A DNA stretch of 64,000 bases from positions 70,158-134,157 of the forward strand of contig JAOTYD010000003.1 of assembly GCA_029862005.1 (NCBI GenBank). The letters are read 5' to 3'. Below the pieces are notes generated by a model. The model worked only from the letters and a program-made list of their open reading frames with translations. It did not search any database and was not told the origin of the DNA. The position numbers and the translations under genes were made by a program. This DNA comes from Gammaproteobacteria bacterium (lineage in GTDB: Bacteria; Pseudomonadota; Gammaproteobacteria; GCA-001735895). This document shows, piece after piece, positions 53,639 to 64,000 of this stretch; position 1 is the stretch's first letter; each line of letters opens with the position of its first letter.

Positions 53639-54280
53639 ATGAAACCAACAGAACTACTTAAAGTTGCGGCTATTGCCGTAGTAACGTCAGGTCTGATCGT
53701 CGGTTGTCAGCAGTCGTCTGAAGAGATGACCGAAGTGGCGATGGAAGAAGAATGTCAGGGTGCGACCCCCGAGGTTCGAAATGCCATCTACGCCGCCAAG
53801 TTGAAAAATGCACGTGCCAGAAACCTGGGTGCAGAATGGGAAGAGAACGCGAAGATTATCGAGGAAGCGGAACAGGCTGCCGCCGATTGTGAAAACGTTC
53901 GCGCCAAGATTCTTGCTAACAAGGCAGAAGATGCTGCGGCAGCAGCAATCGCTGCGATGTCCCAGCCGATGGAAACCGAGACTACCGAAGTGGCAGAAGA
54001 ATCGCCGTACCTGGGTGGTTATCTCGTAGTCAGCGGCGACAACCTGTGGAACATTGCAGGGCAGGACACCATCTATGGCAATCCTTTCATGTGGCCCTTG
54101 ATTTACAAGACCAATTCAGGGCAGATAAAAGATGCCGACCTGATATATCCCGGTCAGTACTTTTACATTCCCAAAGCCAAGGGTCCCGAGCGGGCAGCAG
54201 CAATCGAGCATGCCAAGAATCGTGGCGCCTGGTCGATCGGTCAAACCGAGGCATCCGACCTGGACTACCTGGCTCAGTAG
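53639..54280 (+). CDS. LysM-domain lipoprotein
   Basis: Lipobox LIVGC; YLVVSGDNLWNIA..YGNPFMWPLIY..LIYPGQ LysM. Confidence 0.9.
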   Translation: MKPTELLKVAAIAVVTSGLIVGCQQSSEEMTEVAMEEECQGATPEVRNAIYAAKLKNARARNLGAEWEENAKIIEEAEQAAADCENVRAKILANKAEDAAAAAIAAMSQPMETETTEVAEESPYLGGYLVVSGDNLWNIAGQDTIYGNPFMWPLIYKTNSGQIKDADLIYPGQYFYIPKAKGPERAAAIEHAKNRGAWSIGQTEASDLDYLAQ

Positions 54281-54296
54281 AAGTCTACAAGTCAAT

Positions 54297-54328
54297 AAAA
54301 GAGCCCGCTCAATAGCGGGCTTTTTTTT
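54297..54328 (+). terminator. Rho-independent terminator
   Basis: AGCCCGCT-CAAT-AGCGGGCT followed by a T run. Confidence 0.88.
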
Positions 54329-54520
54329 GGTTTTTTGCTGACAGGAATTGTCAGATCAGTAGCGAAATAACGCATAAGGTTTATATCGATATGAACTGGC
54401 TAGATTTTATGGAGATATTCCTGCCCGGCATATTACGACTGACCCAGATCAAATCAATGAACCAAATCTATTTATTTATCTCCTAGTTACCATGAAGATA
54501 ACATTAAACCGACCGACGCC

Positions 54521-54985
54521 ATGAAGCGATTCTTACTCGCGATATTTTTCTCGATTAACCTGGGGACTGCGGTATCGGCGCTGGATATGCCGCTAACCGA
54601 TGTCAATGGAAACAAGGTGAACATCAGCAGTTATCAGGGTCAGTGGATCGTGGTTAACTACTGGGCTACCTGGTGCCCTCCCTGTATTGTCGAGATGCCT
54701 GAGCTCCAGGCTTTCCATGATGAACATTCGGGCAAGGGAGCAATGGTTCTCGGGATCAATACGGAACTGATCGGTAAGCAGCAGCTGCAGGAATTCCTGG
54801 AAGACTATTTCATCACTTACCCTATTTTCGTATCTAAACCGACGCAGGAATCAGAGCTTGGTTTGATACCGGGTTTGCCGACGACTTTCCTGGTAAACCC
54901 GGCAGGAAAAGTGGTGGCACGGCAGGTCGGTCCGGTGACACAGGCAATGATTGAACAATTTATTCAGAAGTGGCAGGAAGAGTAG
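54521..54985 (+). CDS. TlpA/CcmG-like periplasmic thioredoxin
   Basis: Signal peptide, VNYWATWCPPC..EMP, GLPTTF. Confidence 0.93.
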   Translation: MKRFLLAIFFSINLGTAVSALDMPLTDVNGNKVNISSYQGQWIVVNYWATWCPPCIVEMPELQAFHDEHSGKGAMVLGINTELIGKQQLQEFLEDYFITYPIFVSKPTQESELGLIPGLPTTFLVNPAGKVVARQVGPVTQAMIEQFIQKWQEE

Positions 54986-55061
54986 ACTTGTGCCCGCCAT
55001 TGTGCGGTGCAACTCCGTCAATTCCTGCTAATATGAAGTAAAATCATATTAAGTTTAAATC

Positions 55062-56828
55062 GTGACTAAACCCCTCTGTACCCTGGAACGGATACTTGAA
55101 CAGCTCGTATCCCAGGAGATCGTTGAGCAGGACAAAGCCAGCATGGTGACTTCGCTGGTGTCTGCCCAGGACAGAAAAAATCTTCATCCAATTGAAATCA
55201 TAGCCGGCCGACAGTGGAATCATAAATCACATCCAGAGCAGGTTCTGACGCTGGAGATGCTGACGGAATGGCTGGTTGAGCAGTCCGGCACGACTCGATA
55301 TCACTTTGACCCGTTGAAAATGGACGTTGGGTCCTGCACTTCGATCATGTCATACGCCTATGCGTCGCGATTTAATATTCTTGCAGTCGAGGTCACCGAA
55401 GACACGGTGGTCATCGCGGTTACGGATCCCTACAACCTCGAATGGATGGATGAGCTCGAGCGTATCGTCAACAAAAAGATTACCACGGTACTGGCCAATC
55501 CGGCCGAACTGAAAAGTTACCTGGTCGAGTTCTACAGCGTTAGCAGGGCCATGGAAGGTGCCGGTAACAAGTCACTGGGAGAATTGCCGGGCAATATCCA
55601 GAATCTGGAACAACTCATCGAACTGGGTAAATCCGGGAAGGTGGATGCCGAGGACCAGCACATTGTCAGTATTGTTGACTGGCTAATGCAGTATGCGTTC
55701 AACCAACGTGCCAGCGACATTCATATCGAACCGAGGCGGGAACAGGGCAACGTGCGTTTCAGGATCGATGGTGTCATGCACCAGGTTTACGAAATTCCGG
55801 CCAATATCACCGCCGCGGTAATCAGTCGTATAAAAATTATGGGTCGTCTCGATGTTGCCGAAAAACGCAAACCCCAGGACGGTCGTATCAAGACGCTGTC
55901 CCCCGATGGTACAGAAATCGAGTTACGTTTATCGAGCATGCCGACAGCGTTCGGCGAAAAACTGGTGCTTCGAATTTTCGATCCCGAGGTACTGGTCAAG
56001 AACTTTGCGGCCCTGGGTCTCGAGAAAAAAGAGTCGGAATTATGGAACAGTTTGATTTCGCGTCCCTATGGCATCATTCTGGTAACCGGGCCTACCGGGT
56101 CGGGTAAAACCACGACGCTCTATACCAGCCTCAAGCATCTCGCCAGGCCGGAAGTGAATGTTTGTACGATCGAAGACCCTATCGAACTGATCGAACCCAG
56201 TTTTAACCAGATGCAGGTACAACACAATATCGACCTGGATTTTGCCACCGGGGTTAAGACCCTGCTGCGACAGGACCCGGATATCATCATGGTCGGTGAG
56301 ATTCGGGATCGCGAGACCGCTGAAATGGCGGTCCAGGCGGCACTGACCGGGCACCTGGTGCTCTCGACCCTGCATACGAATGATGCACCGTCGGCGATCG
56401 CTCGCCTCGCTGAAATAGGGGTACCGCCCTACTTGATTACCGCGACCTTGATCGGTGTTGTTGCGCAGCGCCTGGTACGCACCCTGTGCCCGCATTGTAA
56501 ACAGGAGACAAAGCTCGAGTTAGTCGACTGGGAGGCGTTGATCAAGCCGTGGACCACGTCCCCACCAGAAAAAATCTCTACTGCCGAAGGCTGTCTCGAG
56601 TGTCGCCAGACCGGATTTAGCGGGCGCATCGGAATTTATGAAATGATGCCGTTGACCGATGCTTTGAAAAAGGATGTCAGCAATAATTTCGACCTCGTCA
56701 AATTTCGCAAAACCGCGATTCGGGAGGGAATGAAACCACTCAATCTGGCAGGTGCGCAAAAAGTGGCACGCGGCCTTACGACAATTGAAGAAGTTCTTAA
56801 AGTAGCTCCACCACGCTACGACCTCTAG
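55062..56828 (+). CDS. GspE/PilB-family secretion ATPase
   Basis: ASDIHIEP, GPTGSGKTT, TIEDP, LRQDPDIIMVGEIRD, CPHC..CLEC; GTG start. Confidence 0.95.
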   Translation: MTKPLCTLERILEQLVSQEIVEQDKASMVTSLVSAQDRKNLHPIEIIAGRQWNHKSHPEQVLTLEMLTEWLVEQSGTTRYHFDPLKMDVGSCTSIMSYAYASRFNILAVEVTEDTVVIAVTDPYNLEWMDELERIVNKKITTVLANPAELKSYLVEFYSVSRAMEGAGNKSLGELPGNIQNLEQLIELGKSGKVDAEDQHIVSIVDWLMQYAFNQRASDIHIEPRREQGNVRFRIDGVMHQVYEIPANITAAVISRIKIMGRLDVAEKRKPQDGRIKTLSPDGTEIELRLSSMPTAFGEKLVLRIFDPEVLVKNFAALGLEKKESELWNSLISRPYGIILVTGPTGSGKTTTLYTSLKHLARPEVNVCTIEDPIELIEPSFNQMQVQHNIDLDFATGVKTLLRQDPDIIMVGEIRDRETAEMAVQAALTGHLVLSTLHTNDAPSAIARLAEIGVPPYLITATLIGVVAQRLVRTLCPHCKQETKLELVDWEALIKPWTTSPPEKISTAEGCLECRQTGFSGRIGIYEMMPLTDALKKDVSNNFDLVKFRKTAIREGMKPLNLAGAQKVARGLTTIEEVLKVAPPRYDL

Positions 56829-56840
56829 TTAACCACCGGC

Positions 56841-57308
56841 ATGAAGATTCCCGCCCGATTGCTCTGCCTGGTATGGGCGGCCATGCTGATCCAGTCCTGT
56901 AGCGACAAACCTACGTCACCTGAGGCGGAGATTCGCGCTTATATCCAGTCGGGAATTGAAGCGGCCGAGAGTCGCAGTTCCGATGTGCTGGCCGAGTTAA
57001 TGCATGATAACTACACGGACTATAAAGGGTATAACAAGAAGCAACTGGTCGGATTGCTGCGTGCCTACTTCTTTCGGCATAAAAATATCCATTTGTTTAC
57101 CAAGATCGATGAAATAGAATTGCTTACTGAAAACGAAGCGACAGTCAGGCTGCACGTAGCGATGGCGGGCAGCGTCATTGCTGATGTGGAGGCACTGTCG
57201 GCATTACGGGCACGTATCTACCGGTTCGAATTACAGCTAATCAAGCAGGACGAATGGATGCTGACGCAGGCGGTTTGGGGGCCTGCAGGTATAGGCGATT
57301 TCGACTAG
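56841..57308 (+). CDS. Hypothetical lipoprotein, NTF2/SnoaL-like
   Basis: Lipobox-like LIQSC; helix followed by beta strands. Confidence 0.7.
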   Translation: MKIPARLLCLVWAAMLIQSCSDKPTSPEAEIRAYIQSGIEAAESRSSDVLAELMHDNYTDYKGYNKKQLVGLLRAYFFRHKNIHLFTKIDEIELLTENEATVRLHVAMAGSVIADVEALSALRARIYRFELQLIKQDEWMLTQAVWGPAGIGDFD

Positions 57309-57348
57309 TGCATTCCCGCACTATGCTACTACGAATTTAGGCAGACTG

Positions 57349-57999
57349 TTGATCAAAAAGCATAGATCAAAACTGATAATTGCGGCCTTGCTGATCACCC
57401 TGGGATTAGCCATGGAGATTGCCGGGTTACTAGACGCCAGGCAAATACTGACGGTCGCAAGAGAGTATGCCCAGTACTGGTGGCTGGCAGTAGTACTGAT
57501 CCTGGCGCAAGCCCTGATGTTTACCTTTGCTCTCGCCGGGTCGATTTTCTTGTGGATTGCGGCACCGCTTTATACGCCTCCGATGGCGACCTTTATTCTT
57601 GCGGCAGGGGGCGCGCTGGGTGGTCTGGGTGCTTATTTTTTTTCAAATTATCTGTCGCAGGAATGGAAGGAAAAAGTCAAGGATTCAAGAACTTACAGAA
57701 CGCTGCAGGCCCAGGAGAACTTTTTTACGCTGTTCGCGATGCGGGTTTTCCCGGCATTCCCCCACGCATTGGTCAATTACAGTGCGGGAATACTGAATGC
57801 AAGGCTAAGCCATTTTATCGCTGCGGCAATCCTGGGTATTTCCATCAAGTCCTATATTTATGCACGGGTTATTTACAGCGCCAGCAACTCGGCCTCACCG
57901 GGTGTGTTGCTGGATTTGACGGTGATTGGTCCCCTCGTGCTCCTGTCGGTCATCAGCGCTGCAGGCGTGTTCATCAAACACCGATTTTTAGATAAATAG
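57349..57999 (+). CDS. TVP38/VTT (DedA-related) membrane protein
   Basis: RVFPAFPHALVNYSAG motif, multiple TMs; TTG start. Confidence 0.88.
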   Translation: MIKKHRSKLIIAALLITLGLAMEIAGLLDARQILTVAREYAQYWWLAVVLILAQALMFTFALAGSIFLWIAAPLYTPPMATFILAAGGALGGLGAYFFSNYLSQEWKEKVKDSRTYRTLQAQENFFTLFAMRVFPAFPHALVNYSAGILNARLSHFIAAAILGISIKSYIYARVIYSASNSASPGVLLDLTVIGPLVLLSVISAAGVFIKHRFLDK

Positions 58000-58033
58000 C
58001 CGCGGCTTGTTCTTTCTTTTGCGCGGTCAGGAT

Positions 58034-58714
58034 TCAGTTTTGTCCGGAGAGAAAATCGGTTCCAAACAACATAACGGCTATCGGAACCGGGGCCACCGAC
58101 AATAGAATCGTAATCAGAAATCCCGGCACCGAGTAGAGTCGGCTAACACCTGCAAAAAGTGCGATACCGCCACCGCCGCCAATCAGATAATTACCGGGTA
58201 TGTTTAAAGCAACCGCCAGCGCCAGGTAGCGATAGCGTAACAGTAACGGCAGGAAACGTTTGGGGGCTTTATCGGCCAGGTAGGTAAGCCTTTGTTTTTT
58301 GCTGAGCGGCTCAATCGTTTTGAGCAATTTGCTGGTCCGATTGAGTTTGATGTCTTTTGCGAGACGGACCAGTACGGATAAGGGTATTAGACGCCCCAGG
58401 ATGAAACTCAGTGAAAGACCGGCAACAGTACACAGGTAGACTAGCAAGGCAATCGGTGGTCCTAGCATTACCAGGAGCCCAATGCCAATCTCGGCCCCGG
58501 GTACAAACGGAACGGCCAAAAGCAACGCATACAGGGTGGCCGATACCATAATGGTTCGATGCACGGCATCTTCGTTGCCAGGGCGAATCGGAAAGTGGAG
58601 CACCTCCATATAGTTACGGGCGAGAAGATTGGCCGCAATCAGCAGGGCAATTAAGCACACTACTTTTACGATTGCACTCCAGCGAATAGTGGTCGGCAAT
58701 CGTAACTCAGGCAT
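58034..58714 (-). CDS. VTT/DedA-like membrane protein
   Basis: LLAVPFVPGAEIG..LSFILGR and NIPGNYLIGGGGG segments. Confidence 0.7.
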   Translation of the reverse strand: MPELRLPTTIRWSAIVKVVCLIALLIAANLLARNYMEVLHFPIRPGNEDAVHRTIMVSATLYALLLAVPFVPGAEIGIGLLVMLGPPIALLVYLCTVAGLSLSFILGRLIPLSVLVRLAKDIKLNRTSKLLKTIEPLSKKQRLTYLADKAPKRFLPLLLRYRYLALAVALNIPGNYLIGGGGGIALFAGVSRLYSVPGFLITILLSVAPVPIAVMLFGTDFLSGQN

Positions 58715-58715
58715 A

Positions 58716-59318
58716 CTACTCGGTGCTTGCGGTCGATGCTGGCTTGTTGGTCAGTGTTCCTTCGAACTCAAAAGTATTCTCAACGGTCCAGTACCAGCGC
58801 TTTACTACCCAGGTCGATTTCCCTTTTATTCTGTCGCCCTCAATAGTACCTCGCCAGATAATCTTCGCATCTTTGTAGGGACATTCTGTCTCACTGATAA
58901 ATTCTGTCCGGTCGCCATTTGAGCGCACAAAATAGGGTCGAGCAGGATACTTACACCTGAGTTCACACTCTTTCGAAACGAAGGTTCCATTTTCGAAAAC
59001 GAATGAATCAGGGGTGTCCTTGGGCTTACCGTCCGGACCCAGAGCGCCGGTGAACGTCATACCGTCAAGTGGGCCCGGTATAGGCTTCTCTTGCAGGACT
59101 GGATTTTCCGCTGACTCGATGTTGCTGGCTGCAGATAACGAAGCCCAGCCGGCGAGCCAGACTAGAATAATCAATAACAGGCACGCATCGACTTTCGAGC
59201 TTTGCATACAATCGCTCGTGAAGCTTTCGACCTGCTTAACATGATCACGTTGCATATCAAAGGATAAAGCCTTTGCAGTTGCAGCCTGCACATTACTCCA
59301 ATCGCTGTGGAATTTCAA
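58716..59318 (-). CDS. Exported beta-rich hypothetical protein (start uncertain, probably downstream of 59318)
   Basis: Hydrophobic segment, LDGMTFTG, FENGTFVSKEC..C, WRGTI.GDRI.G; 1 nt from next gene. Confidence 0.7.
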   Translation of the reverse strand: MKFHSDWSNVQAATAKALSFDMQRDHVKQVESFTSDCMQSSKVDACLLLIILVWLAGWASLSAASNIESAENPVLQEKPIPGPLDGMTFTGALGPDGKPKDTPDSFVFENGTFVSKECELRCKYPARPYFVRSNGDRTEFISETECPYKDAKIIWRGTIEGDRIKGKSTWVVKRWYWTVENTFEFEGTLTNKPASTASTE

Positions 59319-59367
59319 AACTGGCGAGGGGCCGCTTTGGTATCGGGCCGCTATTTGCGGATATTGA

Positions 59368-59946
59368 TTATTGCTTGAACCAGTTCTTATGCAGCGCGTT
59401 GATTACTTTATTGGGATAGACGGTTCGGCCGAGGCTACCATTATAACGTGCCAGCGCACGCCCTAGGTCGTGTGGTTCCATGTCCATGTAATAGCGCAAT
59501 ATGGTGCAGCCCATTCTCAGGTTGGTGCGTATCTTGAATAGATTTTGATCCGAGATTCCGATCTCGTCAAGCCAGAAAGGCATGATTTGCATCAGACCGC
59601 GGGCGCCAGAGACCGAGATTGCAAATTCATCAAAGCGACTTTCAACTTCGATTAATGCAAGCACCAGTTCGGGCTCGATACCCACGCGGCGAGCCTCGTA
59701 GTGAATTTGCTTGAGTAATTCGATGCGCACTTTCGGGTCTACGATAAACTTTTCGAGCCGGCGTGACATATCGAGCAGCCAGACCTGCGCATCGAAGCGA
59801 TCTTCAAATCCCGAATCCGTTTCAATCGCCTTCTTAAGCAACTGAAGAAGCTCGGGGTCAGCCGAGGCATGGGCGGGATTGACCGCTGCCATTGCCAGCA
59901 GGGGCAGGGTTACGATGGCTGCGAGCCGTTTTAACCTGGGGTGCAT
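59368..59946 (-). CDS. Lytic transglycosylase (SLT domain)
   Basis: [25 protein letters not shown]. Confidence 0.94.
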   Translation of the reverse strand: MHPRLKRLAAIVTLPLLAMAAVNPAHASADPELLQLLKKAIETDSGFEDRFDAQVWLLDMSRRLEKFIVDPKVRIELLKQIHYEARRVGIEPELVLALIEVESRFDEFAISVSGARGLMQIMPFWLDEIGISDQNLFKIRTNLRMGCTILRYYMDMEPHDLGRALARYNGSLGRTVYPNKVINALHKNWFKQ

Positions 59947-61655
59947 TGGTCTGGATACAGATTATCGAGAAAGGCGGACAGCTCGGCGAGTGGAAGTTCC
60001 TGGGCAGTGTCATCCTTTCTACCCTTGTATTCGAACTGTTGTGCCGCGAGTCCGCGTTCGCTTAGCACGATGCGATGTGGAATTCCGATCAACTCCATGT
60101 CGGAAAATATCACTCCGGGACGCAGTGCTCGATCATTCAGCAATACTTCGAGTTCACGTTCCAGGCATTGCTGGTACAGTGTTTCAGTGGCCAGTCTGAC
60201 GGGCTCTGATTTATGGTAATTGATCGGGCAGATTGCCAGTTGAAACGGCGCCAGCGCCGTCGGCCAGATTATTCCATGCTCGTCATGATTTTGCTCTATT
60301 GCGGCGGCAACCACGCGCGTGACGCCGATACCGTAGCAACCCATGAACGGGGCCACGCCTTTGCCCTGTTCATCAAGAACCGAGGCCTGCATGGAATCCG
60401 AGTATTTCTGGCCAAGCTGAAAGATATGACCCACCTCGATGCCGCGTAGAACTTTTAACTGCCCCGAACCACTCGGACTGGGATCACCATCGACCACGTT
60501 GCGAATGTCGACCGTTAGCGGCTCTTCGCAATCTCGCCCCCAGTTGGCGTTGATAAAATGTTTGTCGTTTTGATTCGCACCGCAGACAAAGTCGCTGACG
60601 GCTGCCGCACTGTGGTCAACGAAGGTTTTGATGCCTAATCCAATGGGACCGATCGAGCCGATATCGCTGCCGAGACTAGCACTGATTTGCTCGCGTTGAG
60701 CGAGTCGCAGGGGGCTTGCAACGCCATCGAGCTTTTCTGCCTTGAGCGCATTCAGATCGTGGTCACCGCGCAATACCAGGGCAACAAGTCCATTATCGTC
60801 GGCTTCGACGATCAGGGTTTTCATACATTGCTGCGCGCTCACGCCAAGTCCGCTGGCGAGATCTTCAATGGTGTACATTCCGGGCGTATCGACTGTCTGC
60901 ATCTCTGCTCCGGGTGCTGCACGTTCGCTCGCGGGCGGCAATGCCTCAACGGTTTCAATATTGGCGGCAAAGTCACCCCGGTCTGAAAATGCGATCGCGT
61001 CTTCACCGGAATCGGCCAGAACGTGAAATTCCTGCGAAGTACTGCCGCCGATTGCGCCCGAGTCAGCGCTCACCGCGCGATAGTCGAGCCCGAAACGATC
61101 GAATATATTGATATAGGCCTGGTCCATGATTTCGTAGGAGCGCTGCATGCCATCCCGGTCGATATCGAAGGAGTAGGCGTCTTTCATAATAAATTCGCGC
61201 GAGCGCATAACCCCGAAACGAGGTCTGATCTCATCGCGGAACTTGGTCTGGATCTGGTAAAAATTGAGCGGTAACTGGCGGTAGCTGTTAACCTCGCGCC
61301 GGAATATGTCGGTCACGATTTCTTCATGCGTGGGCCCGATACAGGCATCCCGCTGGTGTCGATCCTGGAGTCGCAGCAACTCGGGTCCAAACTGGTCCCA
61401 GCGTCCCGATTCCTGCCACAATTCAGCCGGTTGAAACGAGGGCATCAATAATTCGAGTGCGCCGGCCCGGTCCATCTCCTCGCGAATGATTTGCTCTACC
61501 TTGCGTAATATTCGCAGTCCAAGCGGTAACCAGCTATAGATACCGGCAGCATGTCTGCGGATCATTCCAGCGCGCAGCATGAGCTGATGGCTGATGATTT
61601 CAGCATCGACCGGGGTTTCTTTAAGTGTTGCCAGGTGGAAGCAGGAAGCTCTCAT
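59931..61655 (-). CDS. proS: Proline--tRNA ligase
   Basis: [49 protein letters not shown]. Confidence 0.99.
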   Translation of the reverse strand: MRASCFHLATLKETPVDAEIISHQLMLRAGMIRRHAAGIYSWLPLGLRILRKVEQIIREEMDRAGALELLMPSFQPAELWQESGRWDQFGPELLRLQDRHQRDACIGPTHEEIVTDIFRREVNSYRQLPLNFYQIQTKFRDEIRPRFGVMRSREFIMKDAYSFDIDRDGMQRSYEIMDQAYINIFDRFGLDYRAVSADSGAIGGSTSQEFHVLADSGEDAIAFSDRGDFAANIETVEALPPASERAAPGAEMQTVDTPGMYTIEDLASGLGVSAQQCMKTLIVEADDNGLVALVLRGDHDLNALKAEKLDGVASPLRLAQREQISASLGSDIGSIGPIGLGIKTFVDHSAAAVSDFVCGANQNDKHFINANWGRDCEEPLTVDIRNVVDGDPSPSGSGQLKVLRGIEVGHIFQLGQKYSDSMQASVLDEQGKGVAPFMGCYGIGVTRVVAAAIEQNHDEHGIIWPTALAPFQLAICPINYHKSEPVRLATETLYQQCLERELEVLLNDRALRPGVIFSDMELIGIPHRIVLSERGLAAQQFEYKGRKDDTAQELPLAELSAFLDNLYPDQCTPG

Positions 61656-61752
61656 AGGTATTCAAACGAGGTGCCGATGCACCTTACAATTAATTCGGCG
61701 CATTATAGAGATTCCACCAGCGGTTAACAGGGAATTAGGTAATAAAGTCCCT

Positions 61753-62178
61753 TTACTCGCAAAAGCGCTCGATGTCGGCTTCGCTTTGGGTCTTACGTTC
61801 TTCGATTTCCTCGCTTGTCATATAGCGTGTGCTACCGTCAACAGATCGAAGTTTGATGCGGTTACTGTTGTTAATAATCTTGAGATCCTCTTGCGCTTTT
61901 TCACAGGCTACCCGGGCCTGGTCTTCGGGGACATTTTCATTCTGAGCGGCATCGCCAGAGCCGCCCGCAGTCGCCTGGGAGCTATCGGGTGATGACAGCC
62001 GGGGCAGTGCTTTACCGGGATTACTCGGGGCTGATTGAACGCGAACGCCTTCAGTCTTGGCTGTAACGGGTGGTGCGTCACCGTAATGGGTATTGCCTTC
62101 CTCGTCGACCCACTTGTGAATCGTTCCCGCATTCAACGACATCGAGGTCAGTAACATCAGGTAAATCAAATAGCGCAT
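61753..62178 (-). CDS. DUF4124 family exported protein
   Basis: Signal peptide then IHKWVDEEGNTHYGDAPP. Confidence 0.88.
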   Translation of the reverse strand: MRYLIYLMLLTSMSLNAGTIHKWVDEEGNTHYGDAPPVTAKTEGVRVQSAPSNPGKALPRLSSPDSSQATAGGSGDAAQNENVPEDQARVACEKAQEDLKIINNSNRIKLRSVDGSTRYMTSEEIEERKTQSEADIERFCE

Positions 62179-62379
62179 GGTTTTCCCTGTTTCGCATTAT
62201 TTATGGTCTACGAACCCAAAGAATAGTTGTCATCCAGATATTTACAATCTTTTTTTAATGTCATCCCTTAATCCCAGGACCCGTTTTTTGCGGCAATCAT
62301 CAATGAAATTTATCTATCCTGTAGGTATCTATAAAAACAATATATAATGTCTTCCCGGACAAATGGGCTAACGTACGCT

Positions 62380-63282
62380 ATGAGCGATCGCAGACTCAAG
62401 GTTTTCCACACTGTTTCCAAGTTGCTAAGTTTCACCAAGGCCGCCGAAGCGCTGCACATGACCCAGCCCGCCGTAACCTTCCAGGTACGTCAGCTCGAAG
62501 AGTACTTTAACACCCGCCTGTTTGATCGAACCCATAACAAGGTCAACCTGACGCCGGCCGGGGAGCGTGTTTCCGAGTTTGCGGAGCGCATTTTTGACCT
62601 GTATTCGGAGATGGAAAACACGGTTCGCGATTTGACGGGCGAGATCAGCGGTGCGCTGACCATTGGTGCAAGTACAACGATCGCCGAATACATGTTACCG
62701 GCATTGCTCGGGGAATTTAAAATTTGTTACCCGGATATCAACCTGCGTCTCAAAGTTTCAAATTCCGAAGGCATCGTATCGATGGTTGAGCACAACGTGA
62801 TCGACCTTGGCGTGGTCGAGTCGCCGGTAAGCAACAAGAACCTGATTGTCGAAGTGTGCTATGACGATCAACTGGTTGTGATTACCGCGCCCGACCACGA
62901 ACTCGCAAAACGCGGCGACAAGGTGAAGGCCTCCGATATTGTCAGGTACCCTTTTGTCAGCCGTGAAGAAGGTTCCGGCACGCGCGAGGTGATCATGCAA
63001 TATTTCCTCGATCAAAAGATCAAACCCAGTGATTTGAACTTCAGTCTCGAACTCGGCAGTCCAGAGTCGATCAAGGGGGCAGTTGAGGCCGGCATGGGAA
63101 TTACGATAATTTCTCGCTCGATCATCGGCAAGGAATTAAAATTGAACACGCTTTGTGAACTGCAACTTGATCCACCGTTGAGCCGACCTTTCTCCTTTGT
63201 TCGCCAGCGACAGAAATTTCGGGTCACGGTAATGGAGAAATTACTCGAGTTCGCTCGATCCTATTTCGAAGACAACAAGTAG
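62380..63282 (+). CDS. LysR family transcriptional regulator (CysL-like)
   Basis: SFTKAAEALHMTQPAVTFQVRQLE HTH, IGASTTIAEY, REEGSGTRE; start probably MSDRRL at 62380. Confidence 0.92.
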   Translation: MSDRRLKVFHTVSKLLSFTKAAEALHMTQPAVTFQVRQLEEYFNTRLFDRTHNKVNLTPAGERVSEFAERIFDLYSEMENTVRDLTGEISGALTIGASTTIAEYMLPALLGEFKICYPDINLRLKVSNSEGIVSMVEHNVIDLGVVESPVSNKNLIVEVCYDDQLVVITAPDHELAKRGDKVKASDIVRYPFVSREEGSGTREVIMQYFLDQKIKPSDLNFSLELGSPESIKGAVEAGMGITIISRSIIGKELKLNTLCELQLDPPLSRPFSFVRQRQKFRVTVMEKLLEFARSYFEDNK

Positions 63283-63319
63283 CTTCAATTGAATCAAGCT
63301 TTGAGTAAAACTACGCGCC

Positions 63320-64000
63320 ATGTTTGATATTTTACAACAGTGGTACCGCCGCCATTTCACCGATCCGCAAACCGTGATTTTCGCGTTTATACTGGTGTCC
63401 GGTGCGTTGCTAATATTTGTCCTGCATGCGCATCTACTGCCGATTCTTGTCGCGATGATTATTGCCTATCTGGCTGAAGGGTTGGTGGCGTGGTTGCATA
63501 AAATCAATCTTGGACGAACAGTAGCGGCGAGCGTTGTAACTGCACTCATGATTACGGCAATCATCCTCACGTTTTTCGTGTTATTGCCGCTGCTGTCCAA
63601 GCAGGTTACCGAATTGTTCCGCGAAATGCCGAACATGCTGAGTCAGGGCCAGCATTTGCTGCTGCAACTTCCCGAGCAATATCCTGATTACGTCTCTGCA
63701 CAGCAGATCGAGGAAGTTCTGACTCTGGCACGCAACGAATTGACGTCTTTCGGGCAGCGCGCGGTGAGCATTTCGCTATCGTCAGTTGTCGGTGTAATCA
63801 CCTTCCTCGTTTACATGATTTTACTGCCGCTGATGGTGTTCTTTTTTCTCAAAGACAAGGAACTGATTCTTCGCTGGCTCGCTGATTTTCTGCCTGAAGA
63901 GCGTCGATTATTGCGCACCGTCTGGGCGGAACTCGACATCAAGATTGCGAGTTACGTGCGCGGCAAGGTCATTGAGGTTTTGATTATCTGGGTGGCTACT
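63320..64000 (+). CDS. perM: AI-2E family transporter PerM (3' truncated; missing from the ORF track)
   Basis: MFDILQQWYRRHFTDPQ..., LPLMVFFFLKDK, YVRGKVIE; frame open to window end. Confidence 0.88.
   Translation, partial: MFDILQQWYRRHFTDPQTVIFAFILVSGALLIFVLHAHLLPILVAMIIAYLAEGLVAWLHKINLGRTVAASVVTALMITAIILTFFVLLPLLSKQVTELFREMPNMLSQGQHLLLQLPEQYPDYVSAQQIEEVLTLARNELTSFGQRAVSISLSSVVGVITFLVYMILLPLMVFFFLKDKELILRWLADFLPEERRLLRTVWAELDIKIASYVRGKVIEVLIIWVAT

Noticed and set aside
47384-63282. Selenoprotein recoding in the redox genes (DsrE, ArsC, TlpA) given the CysL-like LysR
   Set aside because: Active-site positions are Cys codons; no in-frame TGA at a conserved site was seen

Overview
64 kb of a gammaproteobacterial chromosome, mostly core genes: the end of the dcw cluster (ddl-ftsQAZ), valS-holC-pepA/lptFG, xerD, parEC, efp-epmA, psd, prmB, aroC, pmbA, purMN, hda, proS and a partial perM. 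An accessory-looking block of about 15.7 kb lies between prmB and aroC. I saw no rRNA, tRNA, CRISPR array or transposase. Most notable: (1) A modular family of intergenic palindromic repeats whose cores are conserved while their arms diverge yet stay self-complementary. The same 15-bp mini-hairpin (CCGATACGTCGGACC) appears as an insertion in three different repeat types. (2) A histone H1-like Lys/Arg/Ala repeat gene ending at an A_AAA_AAG slippery site, with an unannotated 90-codon -1 frame continuation before the terminator. (3) A bufferin-type MNIO (DUF692) RiPP cluster lacking its DoxX gene, while an orphan DoxX 36 kb away has a similar sigmaE-like promoter. (4) hda apparently starting at a non-canonical ATT codon. 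Family assignments come from recalled motifs and synteny, not database searches; alignments and counts were done by eye.
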